From Hemiscyllium ocellatum (Eukaryota): 64,000 nucleotides of DNA. The position numbers and the translations under genes were made by a program. Shown here in pieces: positions 1 through 12,214 of the stretch. The notes under the pieces are model-generated. The model did no database searches, was not told where the DNA came from, and saw only the letters and a program-made list of their open reading frames with translations. The first letter of the stretch is position 1. Every line of letters starts with the position of its first letter. The stretch spans positions 46,115,575 through 46,179,574 of the forward strand of contig NC_083425.1 in NCBI RefSeq assembly GCF_020745735.1, read 5' to 3'.

Positions 1-318
1 CCCAGCAACATCCTGATAACTTGAAAGTGAGGACTGCAGATGCTGGAGGTCAGAGTCTAGATTAGAGTGGTGCTGGAAAAGCACAGCAGGTCAGGCAGCA
101 TCCGAGGAGCAGGAAAATCATTTTGGGCAAAGGCCCTGATGAAAGGCTTTTGCCCGAAATGTCGATTTTCCTGCTCCTTGGATGCTGCCTGACCTGCTGT
201 GCTTTTCCAGCACCACTCTAATCTAGCTCCAACATCCTGATGATAAACCCTTTCTGTACCTTGTCCAAAACATCTGCATCCTTCTGGTAGTGTGGTGGCC
301 AAAACTGTATACAATAGT
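1..318 (-). mobile_element. Short CR1 LINE ORF2 3' fragment, interrupted by a Penelope-derived hairpin insert
   Basis: cccagcaacatcctg...aaaccctttctgtacc...tggtggccaaaactgtatacaata matches the reverse-strand CR1 segment (EYCVQFW...ERVQRRFTRML) also seen near 4100-4200 and 62700-62800. Confidence 0.7.
22..229. mobile_element. Penelope-derived short element in head-to-head (hairpin) form with central hammerhead motif
   Basis: 57-119 is the reverse complement of 164-226 (63 bp, 1 mismatch); centre has ctgatga-aaggcttttgccc-gaaatgtc; flanked by caacatcctgat at 6-17 and 230-241; same sequence as the terminus of the Penelope copy at 59316-59410. Confidence 0.85.
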
Positions 319-419
319 CCGTGTTATTAAATACAATAGCTGTTTTTCCTTTTTTAAAAAAATGCAATTTTGCTTGTAAGGTTTTAAAAGAAAATGATGT
401 TTATTTTACGTAGCCAGTC

Positions 420-728
420 TAGAATCGTAGAATCACACCAATAGAGGCCATGAGGCCCATTGAGTGTGCACCAATTTTCTGAAGCAAATCCAATCTGAAC
501 CTAGTCCCCCACCTTATCCTTGTAACCCCACATTAACCATGGCTAATTCATGTAGTCTGTGCATCTCTGGAAATTATGGAGCAATTTAGCATGGCAAATC
601 CACCTAACCTGCACATCTTTGGACTGTGGGAGGTAACCCATGCAAACATGGGGAGAATGTGCAAACTCCACAGTTGACCAAGGATTGAATCAAACTTGGG
701 GTCCCTGGTGCTGTGAATCATGCAGCCA
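420..728 (-). mobile_element. HE1-type tRNA-derived SINE
   Basis: gcaatttagcatggc...cacctaacctgcacatctttggactgtgggagg...agaatgtgcaaactccac core, repeated at 8 places in the window; tagaatc tail. Confidence 0.85.
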
Positions 729-929
729 TTCCAATACACTTCATGCGTGTGTACATTTCAAAGTGGGAGGATGGATTAATAGTTTTGAATGCTGATGCCC
801 AATATCCAAAGAAAATACTTTTGGTTACCTTTTTTGAGGCAACTTTGTGTGAAGGATTGGCCAAGAATTTTCCCAGGTCAAAACCCCATACAGTAAGCTG
901 CTAAAGTGAATTGGCATTGAAAGCATGTC

Positions 930-1500
930 CTATTTTGTGGTCTTGTCGGGCATATTCTGAGATTTCAACTATGGTGGGTTGAGGTGTCAGTGGAGTGGCA
1001 AGTCAGTCAAGATACTTAAATCTCCAACTCTAACTCACTGCCAGGATCTTTTCAGAGGATTCTCTGGTAATTCTACAATGTATTTTCAAATTGCAGGACA
1101 ATTCCTGCAGAGTCAGTTATATTGAAACCTTTTGACATCCAACTCCCTTCTGTGTTGTGCAATGATGATTTTCCGAGTGGAGAATCTGGGTCTGTCATTC
1201 CAAAGAGAAATCAGTTCTGAATGAGCTGAGTAGATTGACACCTTGGATCGGTTTAGGGGTCTTTTTGAATTCTTTGATTCAAAGATGTTGCCGATTTCTA
1301 CTTGGTTTCCTGGAGATAGCAACTGTGGGGTTGGTTTTTATATCGTCAAGGCATATAGCACGCTGCATGAAGTTGGAGTTCACTCTCTGATCATCATCAT
1401 CTTTGGTGTCTCTTTTGACATTTTTGACTTGGAGGAATACAGTGTGTTAACTATTAGAAAAAGGGTTCGTGCATCACATGATCTTCTCTCATAGCTTGAC
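930..1500 (-). mobile_element. Possible highly decayed Gypsy gag/protease-region fragment
   Basis: Minus-strand translation (acidic DDDD patch, ...KIII..., W..KGFNITDSAG) loosely resembles the region around the Gypsy protease; catalytic DTG not seen. Confidence 0.3.
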
Positions 1501-1539
1501 TGGTTACCCAGAAATGGAAGTTGTCTTACAACTTTCGAT

Positions 1540-2060
1540 TAGGCCACAGATGGAACAGTATGTGCAGTTCTAGTCGCCTCACTATAGGAAGGATGTGATT
1601 GCATTGGGTGCAGAGCAGATTCACCACAATCATGCCTGGCATGAAAAGTCTTAGTTGAGGACAGACTAGTTTTGTTTTCCTTGGAGCAGAGGAGGCTGAG
1701 GGGGGGGATCTGGTTTAAGGTACATAAAATTGAGAGGTATTGACAGAGTTGATCAGAATCTTTTTTCCTAAAGGCAGACATGTCTAAGACTAGAGGCTCC
1801 AAGTTTAAGATGAGGAGTAAGTGGTTTAGAGAAGATCTGAAGAAAATATTTTTCACCCAGAAGGTGGAAGAACTATGGAACACGCTGCTGGAGAGAGTGG
1901 TAGAGGCAGATCCTGTCACAACATTGAAGGAATATGTGGATGAGCACTTAAAATGCCAGGGCATGGTGGGCTACTGACCAATTGTAGGTAAATGGGATTA
2001 TGTGGTTTGGTATTTGTTCGTCAGCAGAGACTTGGTGAACTGAAGGGTCTGACTCTGTTC
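1540..2060 (+). mobile_element. CR1 LINE 3' fragment (decayed)
   Basis: ORF 1780-1977 KTRGSKFK..FFTQKVEELWNTLLERVVEA matches the CR1 ORF2 C-terminus (cf. RGHSFKL..FFTQRVVSSWNALP in the 62364 ORF), followed by 3' UTR. Confidence 0.85.
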
Positions 2061-2544
2061 CCAGCAGGTTGATTGCAGGTCCATGGTTTAGACATGATGA
2101 GAATATGCCAGGAAGAATACCTTTCTCAACCAAAGTGATTATCTAGTGGTTTGTTTCATGCTTTGTTGAATACGTATGCGTTGTTAGAATGCCTTTGGAA
2201 ACGTATGGAAAATAGTCACTCACATTCCTGTAATGTGATTTTGTCTGTTCTTTTAGACAGCTTGACTCCATTGTAATGGTTTGGGCTTTCATAGGGTATA
2301 TTTTTGCAAATGCTTAGGCTTCTTGTAAACTGCCATTGTAAGTCACTAATGTTGTTCAGTATTTTAAAAACTCAATGGTTTCAGCCTAATAAATTTGTCA
2401 TTTTTGATATAAAATAGGCTTGTAACAATACATCGCTAACTATACCTAAATGTATGCGCACTCTTATACATATGGGTACATGCATGTTTATGTATAAAAT
2501 ATAGATCTGTGCATTATATATCATTTTTTTTCTGCCAAACGCAC

Positions 2545-3151
2545 TGTTACAACACAGGGTAAACCCCTGTGCTAATTTAAACCCAATACAGAGAAGCTCA
2601 CCTCACACCATAATCTGTTAAATTTCGAGAGGCAACGAACTATCCCAGAGGTCACTATCCAAAATAAAAATTAACAATTATATTTCTTAACAACCATTTA
2701 GAACTTATTTCTCTTAAGCCTCTTTTTACCTCCCCACTCTACAATACTGGTCCGATTAAAACCCCCAATTAAGATTTACAAAAAAAATTCAAAAATTAGC
2801 CAGCTATCGAACCTTCTCTTTGTATCTTCCTCTGTAGGTTTCTCTAGGTCATCTTCTCTTTAATATTCTACTTCACAGGTCTTCATATGAACAAGTACCT
2901 TTTCAGAGAGCTATTTGGCTAGCAGGCTATACTTTTTGGCTTTTTTTTTGGCAATTCTCCACCTAAACTGTTCAAAATGTCTGGTTTTATACCCCAAAAC
3001 ATTGGATCATTTCATTGATTTGATGTTGTCAAAATACTAAATTCAAATTTGATTGGAGTTTGGTATTGAGGCATAATTTAAACAGATTGGCTGAATTTGA
3101 TTTTGTTTTTGTATCATGGCAACTCCTCTGCACACCTACACTTTCATAACA
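2545..3151 (-). mobile_element. Probable solo LTR
   Basis: Begins TGTTAC and ends CATAACA (TG...CA, inverted TGTTA termini); minus-strand GGGGTATAAAA TATA-like box near 2985-2995; several ATTGG/CCAAT boxes; no clean TSD. Confidence 0.55.
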
Positions 3152-3552
3152 GTAGTCTCCTCCTTTTCACCATTCTTTTTTCCAGCTTTGCATTCATTTT
3201 AGGAAAGTAATTTCGACATAACTTGTTTTACTATCTGATATGCACTTGCTCCAAATTGGCTTCTTGGCAGTTTACCCATGTATGAAGACAACCAACAAGT
3301 CAACAAGATCGGAAACATCAAATGGCTCCAAAGAAATAATCTGTTTAAAAAAAATAAATTACACACAAACTGCAGCAAGCCTGGAACCATCATATTGACA
3401 TTGAGTTGATCCTAAGTGCAAACCTGATTTTATAATGGAATTGTATTGTGTCAAGTCACACGTAGACTGGCATAAAGCCGTAACTCTGCATTTTCAAGAT
3501 CATCAAGGCTGTCACTTGGCAGAATGTGCAAACTATTTAAAAACCATGGGTC

Positions 3553-4615
3553 TGTAGTGATTGCAACGAGGTCAGCCAGGTGAACCTCAATGAATTCCCT
3601 GACTGGGCATGTTAACCTGGTCCAATCAGGGAGCCCTGACTACCAGACATAAACGGGAGTGTCGGGGTGAGTCATAGAGACTTACAGCACAGAAATAGAG
3701 CCTATGGTCCAACCCGTCCTCGCTGAATAGATATCCTAACTAATCTAGTCCCATTTACCAGCAGTTGGTCCATATCTCTCGAAGGCATTCCTATGCATAG
3801 ACCCATCCAGATGCATTTTTGAATGTTGTAATTGTACCAGCCTCCACCACTTCCTCTGGCAGCTCATTCCATACACTCCTCACCCTTTCCATGAAAATCA
3901 CTTTTAAATCTTCCCCCTCTCTCCTTAAACCTATGTCCTCCAGTTCTGGACACCCCCCACCCCCAGGAAAAGACCTTGTCAATTTACCCTATTCATGCCC
4001 CTCATGGTTTTATAAACCTCTATAAGCTCACCCCTCAGCCTCCAACGCTCCAGAGAAAACAGCCCCAGCCTGTTTAGCCTCCCCCTATAGCTCAAATCCT
4101 CCAACCCTGGCAACATCCTTGTAAATCTTTTCTTTACCCTTTCAAGTTTCACAACATCCTAATAGTAGGGAGACCAGCGTTGCACACAATATTCCAAAAG
4201 TGGCCTAACCAATGTCCTATACAGCCACAACATGACCTCCCAACTCCTATACTCAATGCGCTGACCAATAAAGGAAAGCATACCAAATGCCCCCTTCATT
4301 TTCCTATCTACCAGCGACTCTGCTTTCAAGGAACTATGAACCTGCACCCCAAGATCTCTTTGTTCATCAATGCTCCTTGGGACCTTGCTAAGTAAGTCCT
4401 GCCTTGATTTGCCTTTCCAAAATGCAGCACCTTCCATTTATATAAACTAAATTCCATCTGGCACTCCTCAGTCCACTGGCATACATTTCAATACAGCACC
4501 GTTCTGTTCACTCTCTGAGCAAGCTCTGTGCTAGCTGGGTTAGTGTCATTTACCCTGCACTTGTATATAAAGGGTGACTTGGTGACGGGTTATCTGCCTA
4601 TGTGGAGTTATTTCT
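3553..4615 (+). mobile_element. Solo Gypsy-type LTR split by a CR1 insertion
   Basis: Starts TGTAGTG; CCAAT box (ccaatcaggg) and TATA-like cataaa; resumes at ~4501 with tataaagggtgacttggtgacggg...ggagttatttc; near-TSD ggtc/gttc. Confidence 0.6.
3669..4480 (-). mobile_element. CR1 LINE 3' fragment
   Basis: ORFs 4159-4437 (QRDLGVQVHSSLK, LYRTLVRPLLEYCVQ) and 3791-3982 (VWNELPEEVVEAGT); (CTATGACT)-type tail at 3669. Confidence 0.92.
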
Positions 4616-6189
4616 GTTCATAATGCTGTCAGACCAATGGAGAATAAATCATTGTGGAGTATCATTAATGACAGGAATGCACTGCTAGAAAAGCCTCAAA
4701 TGAGGTAAGTAGACCTTTAAAGATGACATGGAAAAACAAAAAGAAAATCTAAGCTTAATATAGTCAAAATTAAAAACAAATGTGAATCTCCAACCCAAGA
4801 AGGCTCTGTTGCCTCTGAAGAAATGTCCTTCCCTTAGCCTGCACTTTGTGGTTTGTAGTTTCCCTGAATTGCCTAAAGCAGCTTTTGGGCCCTATCAGAT
4901 TGTGTCCCTGTGTGGCTGTGTAATGAGAAACTGTGAATGATGGCTTTACTTTGAAACAAGACTAATTACTGCTTACTAAATGGATTTCTTCTCATCAAAC
5001 AAGTCCCAAAGTGCAACACGGCACAAGAGGAATGCATAATATAACATGTTGTTATTGTGCAATAACATGTTGCAGTGTTCTTATGCTGCTAATCTAAAAT
5101 TCCTCCGGATTAATCAGAATGTCTGAGAACTCTATCTGCTAGTTTATCGATGGCTCATTAATAATTTGTAACCATTATACTGCATTCAACTAAGTTAGAA
5201 CAGAGCAAGTGGAAAGGAGGAGGTATCTTCAGATGTTATATAAACACATTCTCATCACTGAAAATGGCTATTTAGTTTCTTTGAGCAAGTTATGCCTTGT
5301 TTATCTTGCCAAATGACCTCCGAAGATGTCTTGCAATATTTTCTCTGCTCCCATTTCTGCGGTATCAGCTAATTTTAAATTTAGGAATGGTTTTCTCAAC
5401 ATCTGGAAAATTAAAAATAAGTGCCCTCTGCAGAGGTTTACATCTGCTATTTTTAAACTATGATTTAGGATTTTACATCTCTCTCTGGTATAACCTTCCA
5501 CAACTGGTGGAGGCGATTCCATGAGGATGTCATTAGTGACCGAAGGAACTTGTGTCATCCTGACCATGTTCCCACCTCAAGGTTTGAAGATCTGGTTTCA
5601 GGTCCCATCCTGTCCTTGAAATGTGTGGTAACGTGTCCAAGCATGTTGATTCAATTTTTTGTGTGTCTGGCAAGTCTCCACAAGTTGGCAAAACCACATT
5701 GGCTGCCAGTGGCCAGAATATATGGTCACATTGGCTTTGAGTGTTTGTGTTTCTCTTGGCTGCACTACTTGTTGTGGTCTCTATGAAAAACGCCTCTTAT
5801 ATTGAGTAAATGATCTTACCTTCTGGAAGTGCACTACTGCTGTAGTATGTCATCATTTGCTGGAAAGCACTAATGAGGCTTTTGAGTTTGTGAAAGGCAC
5901 TAAATAAATGTGCAATCATTGTTTCTAAGTGCTGTTGCTGCTGGTGGTCTGGTAAGCACATCACTGTTTAATCTTTGAAGGCATTAAACAGACTTGTTAA
6001 TTAGTATTTGCTAAAGCTGAGAGATATGGTGATAACAATCAACGTGCTTAAACGAGTCTGAAAACCAAACTCTAATGTCTTTTTCTTTCTTGTTTCTGAC
6101 CACATAATATACTATGGAGTTGTTCTCACTCATAATGAAAATAATGAAGAGAGGGCATAGACTTACTGATTTGCAAATGAACCAATATT

Positions 6190-6395
6190 TTCAGATTGAG
6201 TAGATGGTGCTGGAATGCAATGCCTGCAAATATGATGGGGCAAGTTCAATTGAGGCATTCAAGAGGGACATTGGATGATTACTTGGATAGAAATGGTATA
6301 TAAAGATATGAAGGAAAGGTAAAGGATTGACATTATATAATTGGTGCAGGCATAGTGGGCTGAATGGCCAACTTCTGTACTGTATCAAATCTGAG
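6190..6395 (+). mobile_element. Old CR1 3' end
   Basis: tggaatgcaatgcc...aattgaggcattcaagagg...ttggatg...gggctgaatggcc resembles CR1 ORF2 end and 3' UTR. Confidence 0.6.
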
Positions 6396-7384
6396 GTTTG
6401 ATGATATAATGCTCATCACAACTGGCCTGAATTCTGTTTTTTTTTTGTTTTGACTCTTTGTAAAAGAGCAAAGTAATTGTGCACAGCAATTTGAAGCATG
6501 ACTGAAATATTTACAGTGGTAGAAATGGCTTGTACTATATTGTTAAGATGACAGTGTGAGTGCATGTTGAGAATTTCCATGGTAGAAGATAACTGCTTCA
6601 ATGTTAGCTCTTTTCCACATTGGTAGCAATAACTGGTTGGAAGACATCTTAACAAAGCCATTTTACATGCAGGTTGTGACTCGTTGATACATCTGTATTT
6701 GATACAGTCATCAAAGCTGTTTAACTGATGCCAGGGTGTGTGAAAGCAGTAATGCTGCAATGGCATTGCCATGTTGAGATGTCAGAGTCTATGGCACCCC
6801 ATGGCCATGGGATCTGAATTCCTTTGTATCCCAAATTTGCAATCTCCAATCACTCTGGAGTCAGGTTGCCAAGCCTTTGGAATTGTCCTGGAATTGTATT
6901 TCCACAAGTTAAAGTTTAATCTCTCAATTGGAATAAGCACACCGCAGTCCGGGAAAAGAAAAGTCACAGCTGCATTCCAAACAACTATGTTCCCATATTT
7001 GTTTGAGCGCTAATGAAAGTAGAAATGGTAGGCAAAAGGCTTTTAACTAGATGAATGATTGGAGGCCAAATGTCAAATGATAAAATTTCCTGAGACATAG
7101 CTAGAATCGTCCGCTGGAATTGTGGGGTGTGTAGAATAGAGGCTGAAATGTTCCTGTGATGTTGGTGAGAGACGCGGGCCTTTGTCTTGCAATAATAATG
7201 GACTTCTTTGAAAGAGCAAAGCTTTAAGCGCCTGTCAGCTATTGCTCCATATGAAGGCAGAGAAACCAAATTTCTTCATCACCCCCTAAATGACAGGGGT
7301 AAAATAAAAGGGCATTGTCAGTAATTAAAAGGACCTCTTGAGCTTCCTTAGAAACAAAATTGGAAAGTGTTGTCGATAAGAAAT

Positions 7385-7720
7385 GATCAAGGCTGGCATT
7401 TTTTGTACATCCTTAATTGCTCTCAAACTTCTAGGCCACTTCCAAGGACAGTTCAGAGCCAAGCACAAGACTGTGGAGCCACATGGAGGTTAGACTGGGT
7501 AAGGATGGCAGATTTCCTTCCCTAAAGAGCTTGGGTCAGGTGGGTTTTTGTAATAATTGAATAGGGGTCATCGTTGCCATCACAAAGACTGGCCTTCTAT
7601 TCCAGATTGATTGATCTAAATTTAAATTCCAGCTGTTTTGGCAGAATGTCCCTGGAGCATTATCAGAGGCCTCTGGATTACTGATGCAGTGACAAGATTT
7701 CAATGCTATTGTCCCCCTCT
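7385..7720 (-). mobile_element. tRNA-derived SINE, second family (tail shared with a CR1-like LINE)
   Basis: ggtaaggatggcagatttccttccctaaag core shared with 13600-14220 and, reversed, 34760-35090. Confidence 0.7.
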
Positions 7721-8394
7721 ACTTACTGTACCAGATGTTGTGGAGACAATTGTGATGTTGGAAATCAAAGACAAAATGAAAAATTTTAGAACAACACTAG
7801 CCAACCAGCATCCATAAAGAGAACAAGTTAATTTTTTTGGCTGTGTACTTGTTTGAGCTCATTTGAAACATTTTTGTGACTTTACTGATGCTGCATAAAT
7901 GCAAGTAGTTGTTGTGTAATGTACAAAATATAGTCACCCCACCTTTCTCTTCATTCACCTTCTTCTCTATTTTCAACATTTTCTGTTGTTTTTTTTCTTC
8001 GCACTGGAGAGAATATGTCAGAGCAATGGGGCTGTGCACTGAGAATTAACAGAGCACCCTTTATCCAGCGTTAAAGTTGAGCCTTCTCATTTTTGCTGTT
8101 TTATTTACATACGTGTATACTTAATTATCTATTTATTTAGTGTTTCTTGGTTTATATCAAAAGAAAATACAGTCAGAAACTGAATTTGGTTGTTTGGGCA
8201 AGCACAAGTGGTATTTTAGAGTGAGTAAGAAATATTTTGTGAAGAAATATTTAAAGGATCTTAAGAGGGGATACCAGTGATGATGGTTCACATTGAAGCT
8301 CTTCCTCATCTGGATTGAATGCAAAAATTGGAGCTCCTCTCTACCTAGGGCAACTAACTGGTAGTTGCGTCTTGTCGTTGATGGGGGCGCTTGA

Positions 8395-8495
8395 AAGTGA
8401 AATACTGCAAATGCTGGAAATCTGAAAGAAACTCAATGCTGGAGAAACTCATCAGGTCTGGCAGCATCTGTAGAGAGAGAAGCACACTTAATATT
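8395..8495 (-). mobile_element. Old Penelope-terminus-derived short repeat
   Basis: aatgctggagaaactcatcaggtctggcagcatctgtagagagag; homologous to 10345-10420, 15770-15990, 16360-16555 and 35320-35520. Confidence 0.7.
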
Positions 8496-8507
8496 TTGTG
8501 TCCATTA

Positions 8508-9062
8508 AAATATAGGACTAGGAGTAGACCATTCACCCCCCTCAAGCTTATTCTGCCAGTTGATGAGATCATGGCTGACCTGTGGCCTAACTCCATATGC
8601 TGGTTTCTGTTCTGTTTCCCTTAGTATCTTTGCTTCACAAAGTTTATCTGTCTCAGATTTTTAATATAACGATGGATCCTGCATCACCTGCTATTTGTAG
8701 AAGAGAGCTCCAAACCTCTACCACAAATGCTTCCTAATATTTCTACTGAATGGTCTAGCCCTACCTTCTAAACTATGCCCCCTAGATGGAAAATTCCCAA
8801 CTGGTGAAAATAGGTATTTTTTATCTTTTCCTGTTAAGTGTCTTGAAGACTTCATTCAGATTACTTCTTAACCTATTAAATTGTAGCCAAAACAGGCCTA
8901 CTTTTATAATCCATCCTCATAACTTAACCCCTGCAGTTCAGCTAGCATCTTGTAAGCCTACGTTCTACTCCCTCGAAGGCCAATACATCTTTCCTAAGGT
9001 GTGGTGTCCGGAGCTGCTCACAATAGCCCAATGGGTCTAACCAAGGTTTTTGTAGCGCACTA
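8508..9062 (-). mobile_element. Old CR1 LINE 3' fragment
   Basis: ataggactaggagtagaccattca...gagatcatggctga is the reverse of a CR1 3' UTR like 54420-54500; decayed ORF2 end follows. Confidence 0.7.
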
Positions 9063-9149
9063 ATATAACTTTTTCAATATGGGCTGGCTCTTCACTCCTT
9101 TCCTTTTTGATGCCTTTTGATTGTACATACCGCCAACTTGTAACCTAAG

Positions 9150-9490
9150 CCATGGCACAGGGCACAGCCCAGAGGACTCAACGTTGAGTTCTCCAATTTT
9201 GAATAACCTCCATTCCCAACCCCTGAATCCTTTCCCAGCCCGCCCCCCTCCCTTCCACTCCTCCCTGCCACCAACTGGATTCATTCCTCCAATTGACCAA
9301 CCAGGTCATATCCTCTACCGGTCTTCACCTAACCCCACCTCATTACCCTGCCCCATCACCCCCTTTATTTCAGCTCCCCTACACTCTCACCCCCAGTCCT
9401 CAAGAAGAGTTATACTTGAACCATCTAATTCTCCACCTCCCAGATGCTGCCTGGTTTGCTGTGTTCTTCGAGCCTCTTTCCTGTCTATGT
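9150..9490 (+). mobile_element. Penelope-like 3' fragment (GIY-YIG end plus terminus)
   Basis: cagcccagaggactcaacgttgagttctccaattt parallels 18320-18360; pyrimidine-rich stretch followed by cagatgctgcctg terminus. Confidence 0.65.
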
Positions 9491-10859
9491 GGGAACAAGC
9501 TGGCTTGGCATTACATATGTCTCACCTGTTCAAAAGGTCACTAGGCACGGCACTGGTTGATGTCCATGGTAAGCTTCATCCCTCAGTTTCCTTCCCATAA
9601 TACTTTGGTCACATCTGTACTTGATTTATAAGGCTGACAAGATGTCCGTTGATACCTGTTAATTCAGAAAGCAGGTGAAATGTTCAGTCATCCAAGAGAA
9701 AATAGCTGCCTGTGCCGCACCAAGTTTCAATGTTACAGTTGCTGACTTCCTTGATTCCATTGCATTAATCCTAATTTTGGAAGACAGAGCTATGAAAATG
9801 AAAAAAACTAGCTCTCTTGTTTGTTAGAAATGTTTTTGCAAATATTTATTTGTTTTTGTTATTGCCAATTTTGACCATATTTGTCCCAGTTTTTATTTTT
9901 GATGCTGTGTCCCAATTGACTAGCTGAAATCTATTACTTTTCTGCTCAATTTAAACAATGTACTTCCTCACTGCTTTGCTAATTGTTACCCCAAACTCAG
10001 ACATACTCTGAACTGTCTGCTTGCACGCAGATGCAACCTCCCTCCTGAATTTGGACAAAATTGGTGCCATTCCTCCTGCAGCAATTTTGTATTGTTGGAG
10101 AGCTCAATGTTGGATAACCCCAAGTAAAGATTTGCACTCACCCAGCATCAGTCCTTTAATGTAAAATTGAAAAGTGATGTCGTCTTGCCTAGTAGTTGTT
10201 CTACAGTTTAGCATGTTGTTATCCAGACGTCAGTCATCCATTTCATGAGTGAAGGGCAAAAGAACAGTGTTCTGTATTATGGAGCCTTCATAAACCGAAT
10301 ATCTTGATATGTTTGCTTATGGGCCAGCACTGACATTCTGCAGCAAATACAGAAACTACTGGTGAAATTCAATAGGTCTGGCAGCATCTGTGGGGAGAAA
10401 GCAGAGTTAATGTTTCAAGTTTTTCATTTCCAAGGACTGTACTACGATTTGAACCTGGTCTAAAAGTAAGCTGTTGTTAGATGCTGTCTGGAATAATCAT
10501 TTCATCAAAACATGGTTTGGCAAAAGAAACGCCGAACAAATATATCAGCGATAGATTGAAAGCGCCTAAAGAGAAATGGAAATAAAATTGCATATGGTGT
10601 GTACCTAGTGGACTCTAGAAAGTTGAAAATGGGAGCTGTATCTCCTATCCTAAATGTCAGCATATAATGGGACTTGAAACTAAATTCCTGGTTATAACTT
10701 GGCTGCATTTACTGACAGTCAGGAACAGGCACAGTAGCCTTTATTTCCATCTCCGCATAAGTGTTATTTTTTCAATGCACTACTAATCAATAAAAAGGTG
10801 GCAATTGCTACAGTGTTTGCTGTTTCTGTTTCGGGAAAGATGAATCAATATGCAGTTCC

Positions 10860-11350
10860 TACCTCTCATCCACCTGCTAAAAGACCGGCAGTGGGGCTAT
10901 CAAGACCATGCCAGCCTGCTCAGTGATTGCCACCAAGGTAAAGCCATCTGGAGGAATGCACAGCACTCTAGGAAGAAGCTCAATGATCTTGTCCACTCCA
11001 GCCGAAGTGCCACCATCTGCTACATCTCACTGTACCTCTGTCCTAATCCCAACCCACCTCCCAACACTGCTTATGTTCTAACAATCTATCTATTGATTGC
11101 AATGTCTTCCCTCATTTGCTCTCACCCACTCCAACCTCTTGCACCATTAATCCTCTGTGCCTGCTCACTCTGGACACCACCTCACCTTTACCAACTGTAA
11201 CAGCTCTGCCACCCACTTTCCTCAACCATAATGCCTCCTTGTCATTTTCAGGAGGAAAACAGCTTCCAGGAGGGTAGAAAGACTAGATGTGTGCTGGGTT
11301 GCTTGACATTTAGTCCCTTGCCCCTTATGTGGAGAACATCCTGACTTTGA
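10860..11350 (+). pseudogene. Decayed PIF/Harbinger Myb/SANT-like (NAIF1-like) gene, two exon remnants
   Basis: AIWRNAQHSRKKLNDLVHSSR (10943-11005) resembles the R..QCRKK.NDL motif; C/T-rich intron ending ttttcag at 11251; then G-L-L-D-I-*-S-L-A-P-Y-V-E-N-I-L resembling GxPDIxxLTPxEERVL. Confidence 0.55.
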
Positions 11351-11638
11351 CCATTCTGAATGCTTGACTGACTGTTTTCCCAAGCTCCTGGATTAGTAAC
11401 AGAAAAAACATCTCTTTCCTGCTGTTCTGGGACCTTTTCTCTCTACAAAGGTTGTCTCCATTGACTTGACTGAAGTCTCCTGACAACCATGAAAAGCTTT
11501 CTTCCATTGTGTCTGTCTTAAGTGATGAAGCAAAGTGAGCCCTGTATCTCTGACTGAATGGGTAGAACTCAAGGGATCAAGGCAAAGATCCTGTGAGCAT
11601 CTAAAGTGAGTGAGTGCTGTGACATAGCAAGAAGAAAG

Positions 11639-11719
11639 GGCTCCGGCCCGAAATGTCGAATTTCCTGTTCCTTGGATGCTGCCTGACCTGCTGTGCTTTA
11701 ACCAACAACACATTTTCAG
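11639..11719 (+). mobile_element. ~81 bp Penelope-derived element (hammerhead 3' half plus tail) with 16 bp TSD
   Basis: catagcaagaagaaag at 11623-11638 and 11720-11735; insert contains ggctccggcccgaaatgtcgaatttcc...ggatgctgcctgacctgctg. Confidence 0.9.
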
Positions 11720-12214
11720 CATAGCAAGAAGAAAGCCTGGAGATGCAGCCTGGTCCAACCTTTGAGCTCAGTGTAATTTCTCCTTGCTGCAGTATTGCAG
11801 GGATGGATGCTGGTATGGTATTGAAGTGCAAAGGTGTCCTGTGAGTGGATCAGAAATGCCATGAGGGATCTCGAAGGCTGCCGCGTATCGGATGCCAATG
11901 TTTGTGGAAATGGGTTGAATGTGGCTGGTGCCCATGTAATGTGCCGTGAGATGTTGGGGCTCATCCTCTATTGTAGAGGTAGCTTGGAGCAAGTGGCAAA
12001 CTGAAATTGCTAGGTGTCCACTCTGGTTTCTATATCATGTTTTCTTGACATTGTTATGAAGGTGTAAGAGGTACTGTATCTTTGAGAATTGAAGGACTTA
12101 GCAAGCACCCAGTGCTGGATAATTTACAATGTAACATTTGGTTCAGCAGGTAGCAGTACCTGGGTTGCTATGAGACCAAAAACAAATTCAAATTCGGCCA
12201 AGCAGTTTAAATTA

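Noticed and set aside
57-226. miRNA precursor or CRISPR-like repeat
   Set aside because: Arms are dispersed retroelement termini with no spacer array; DNA is eukaryotic
5040-5072. Paired AACATGTT palindromes as a p53-family site
   Set aside because: Half-sites mismatch RRRCWWGYYY and spacing is wrong; AT-rich chance is likely
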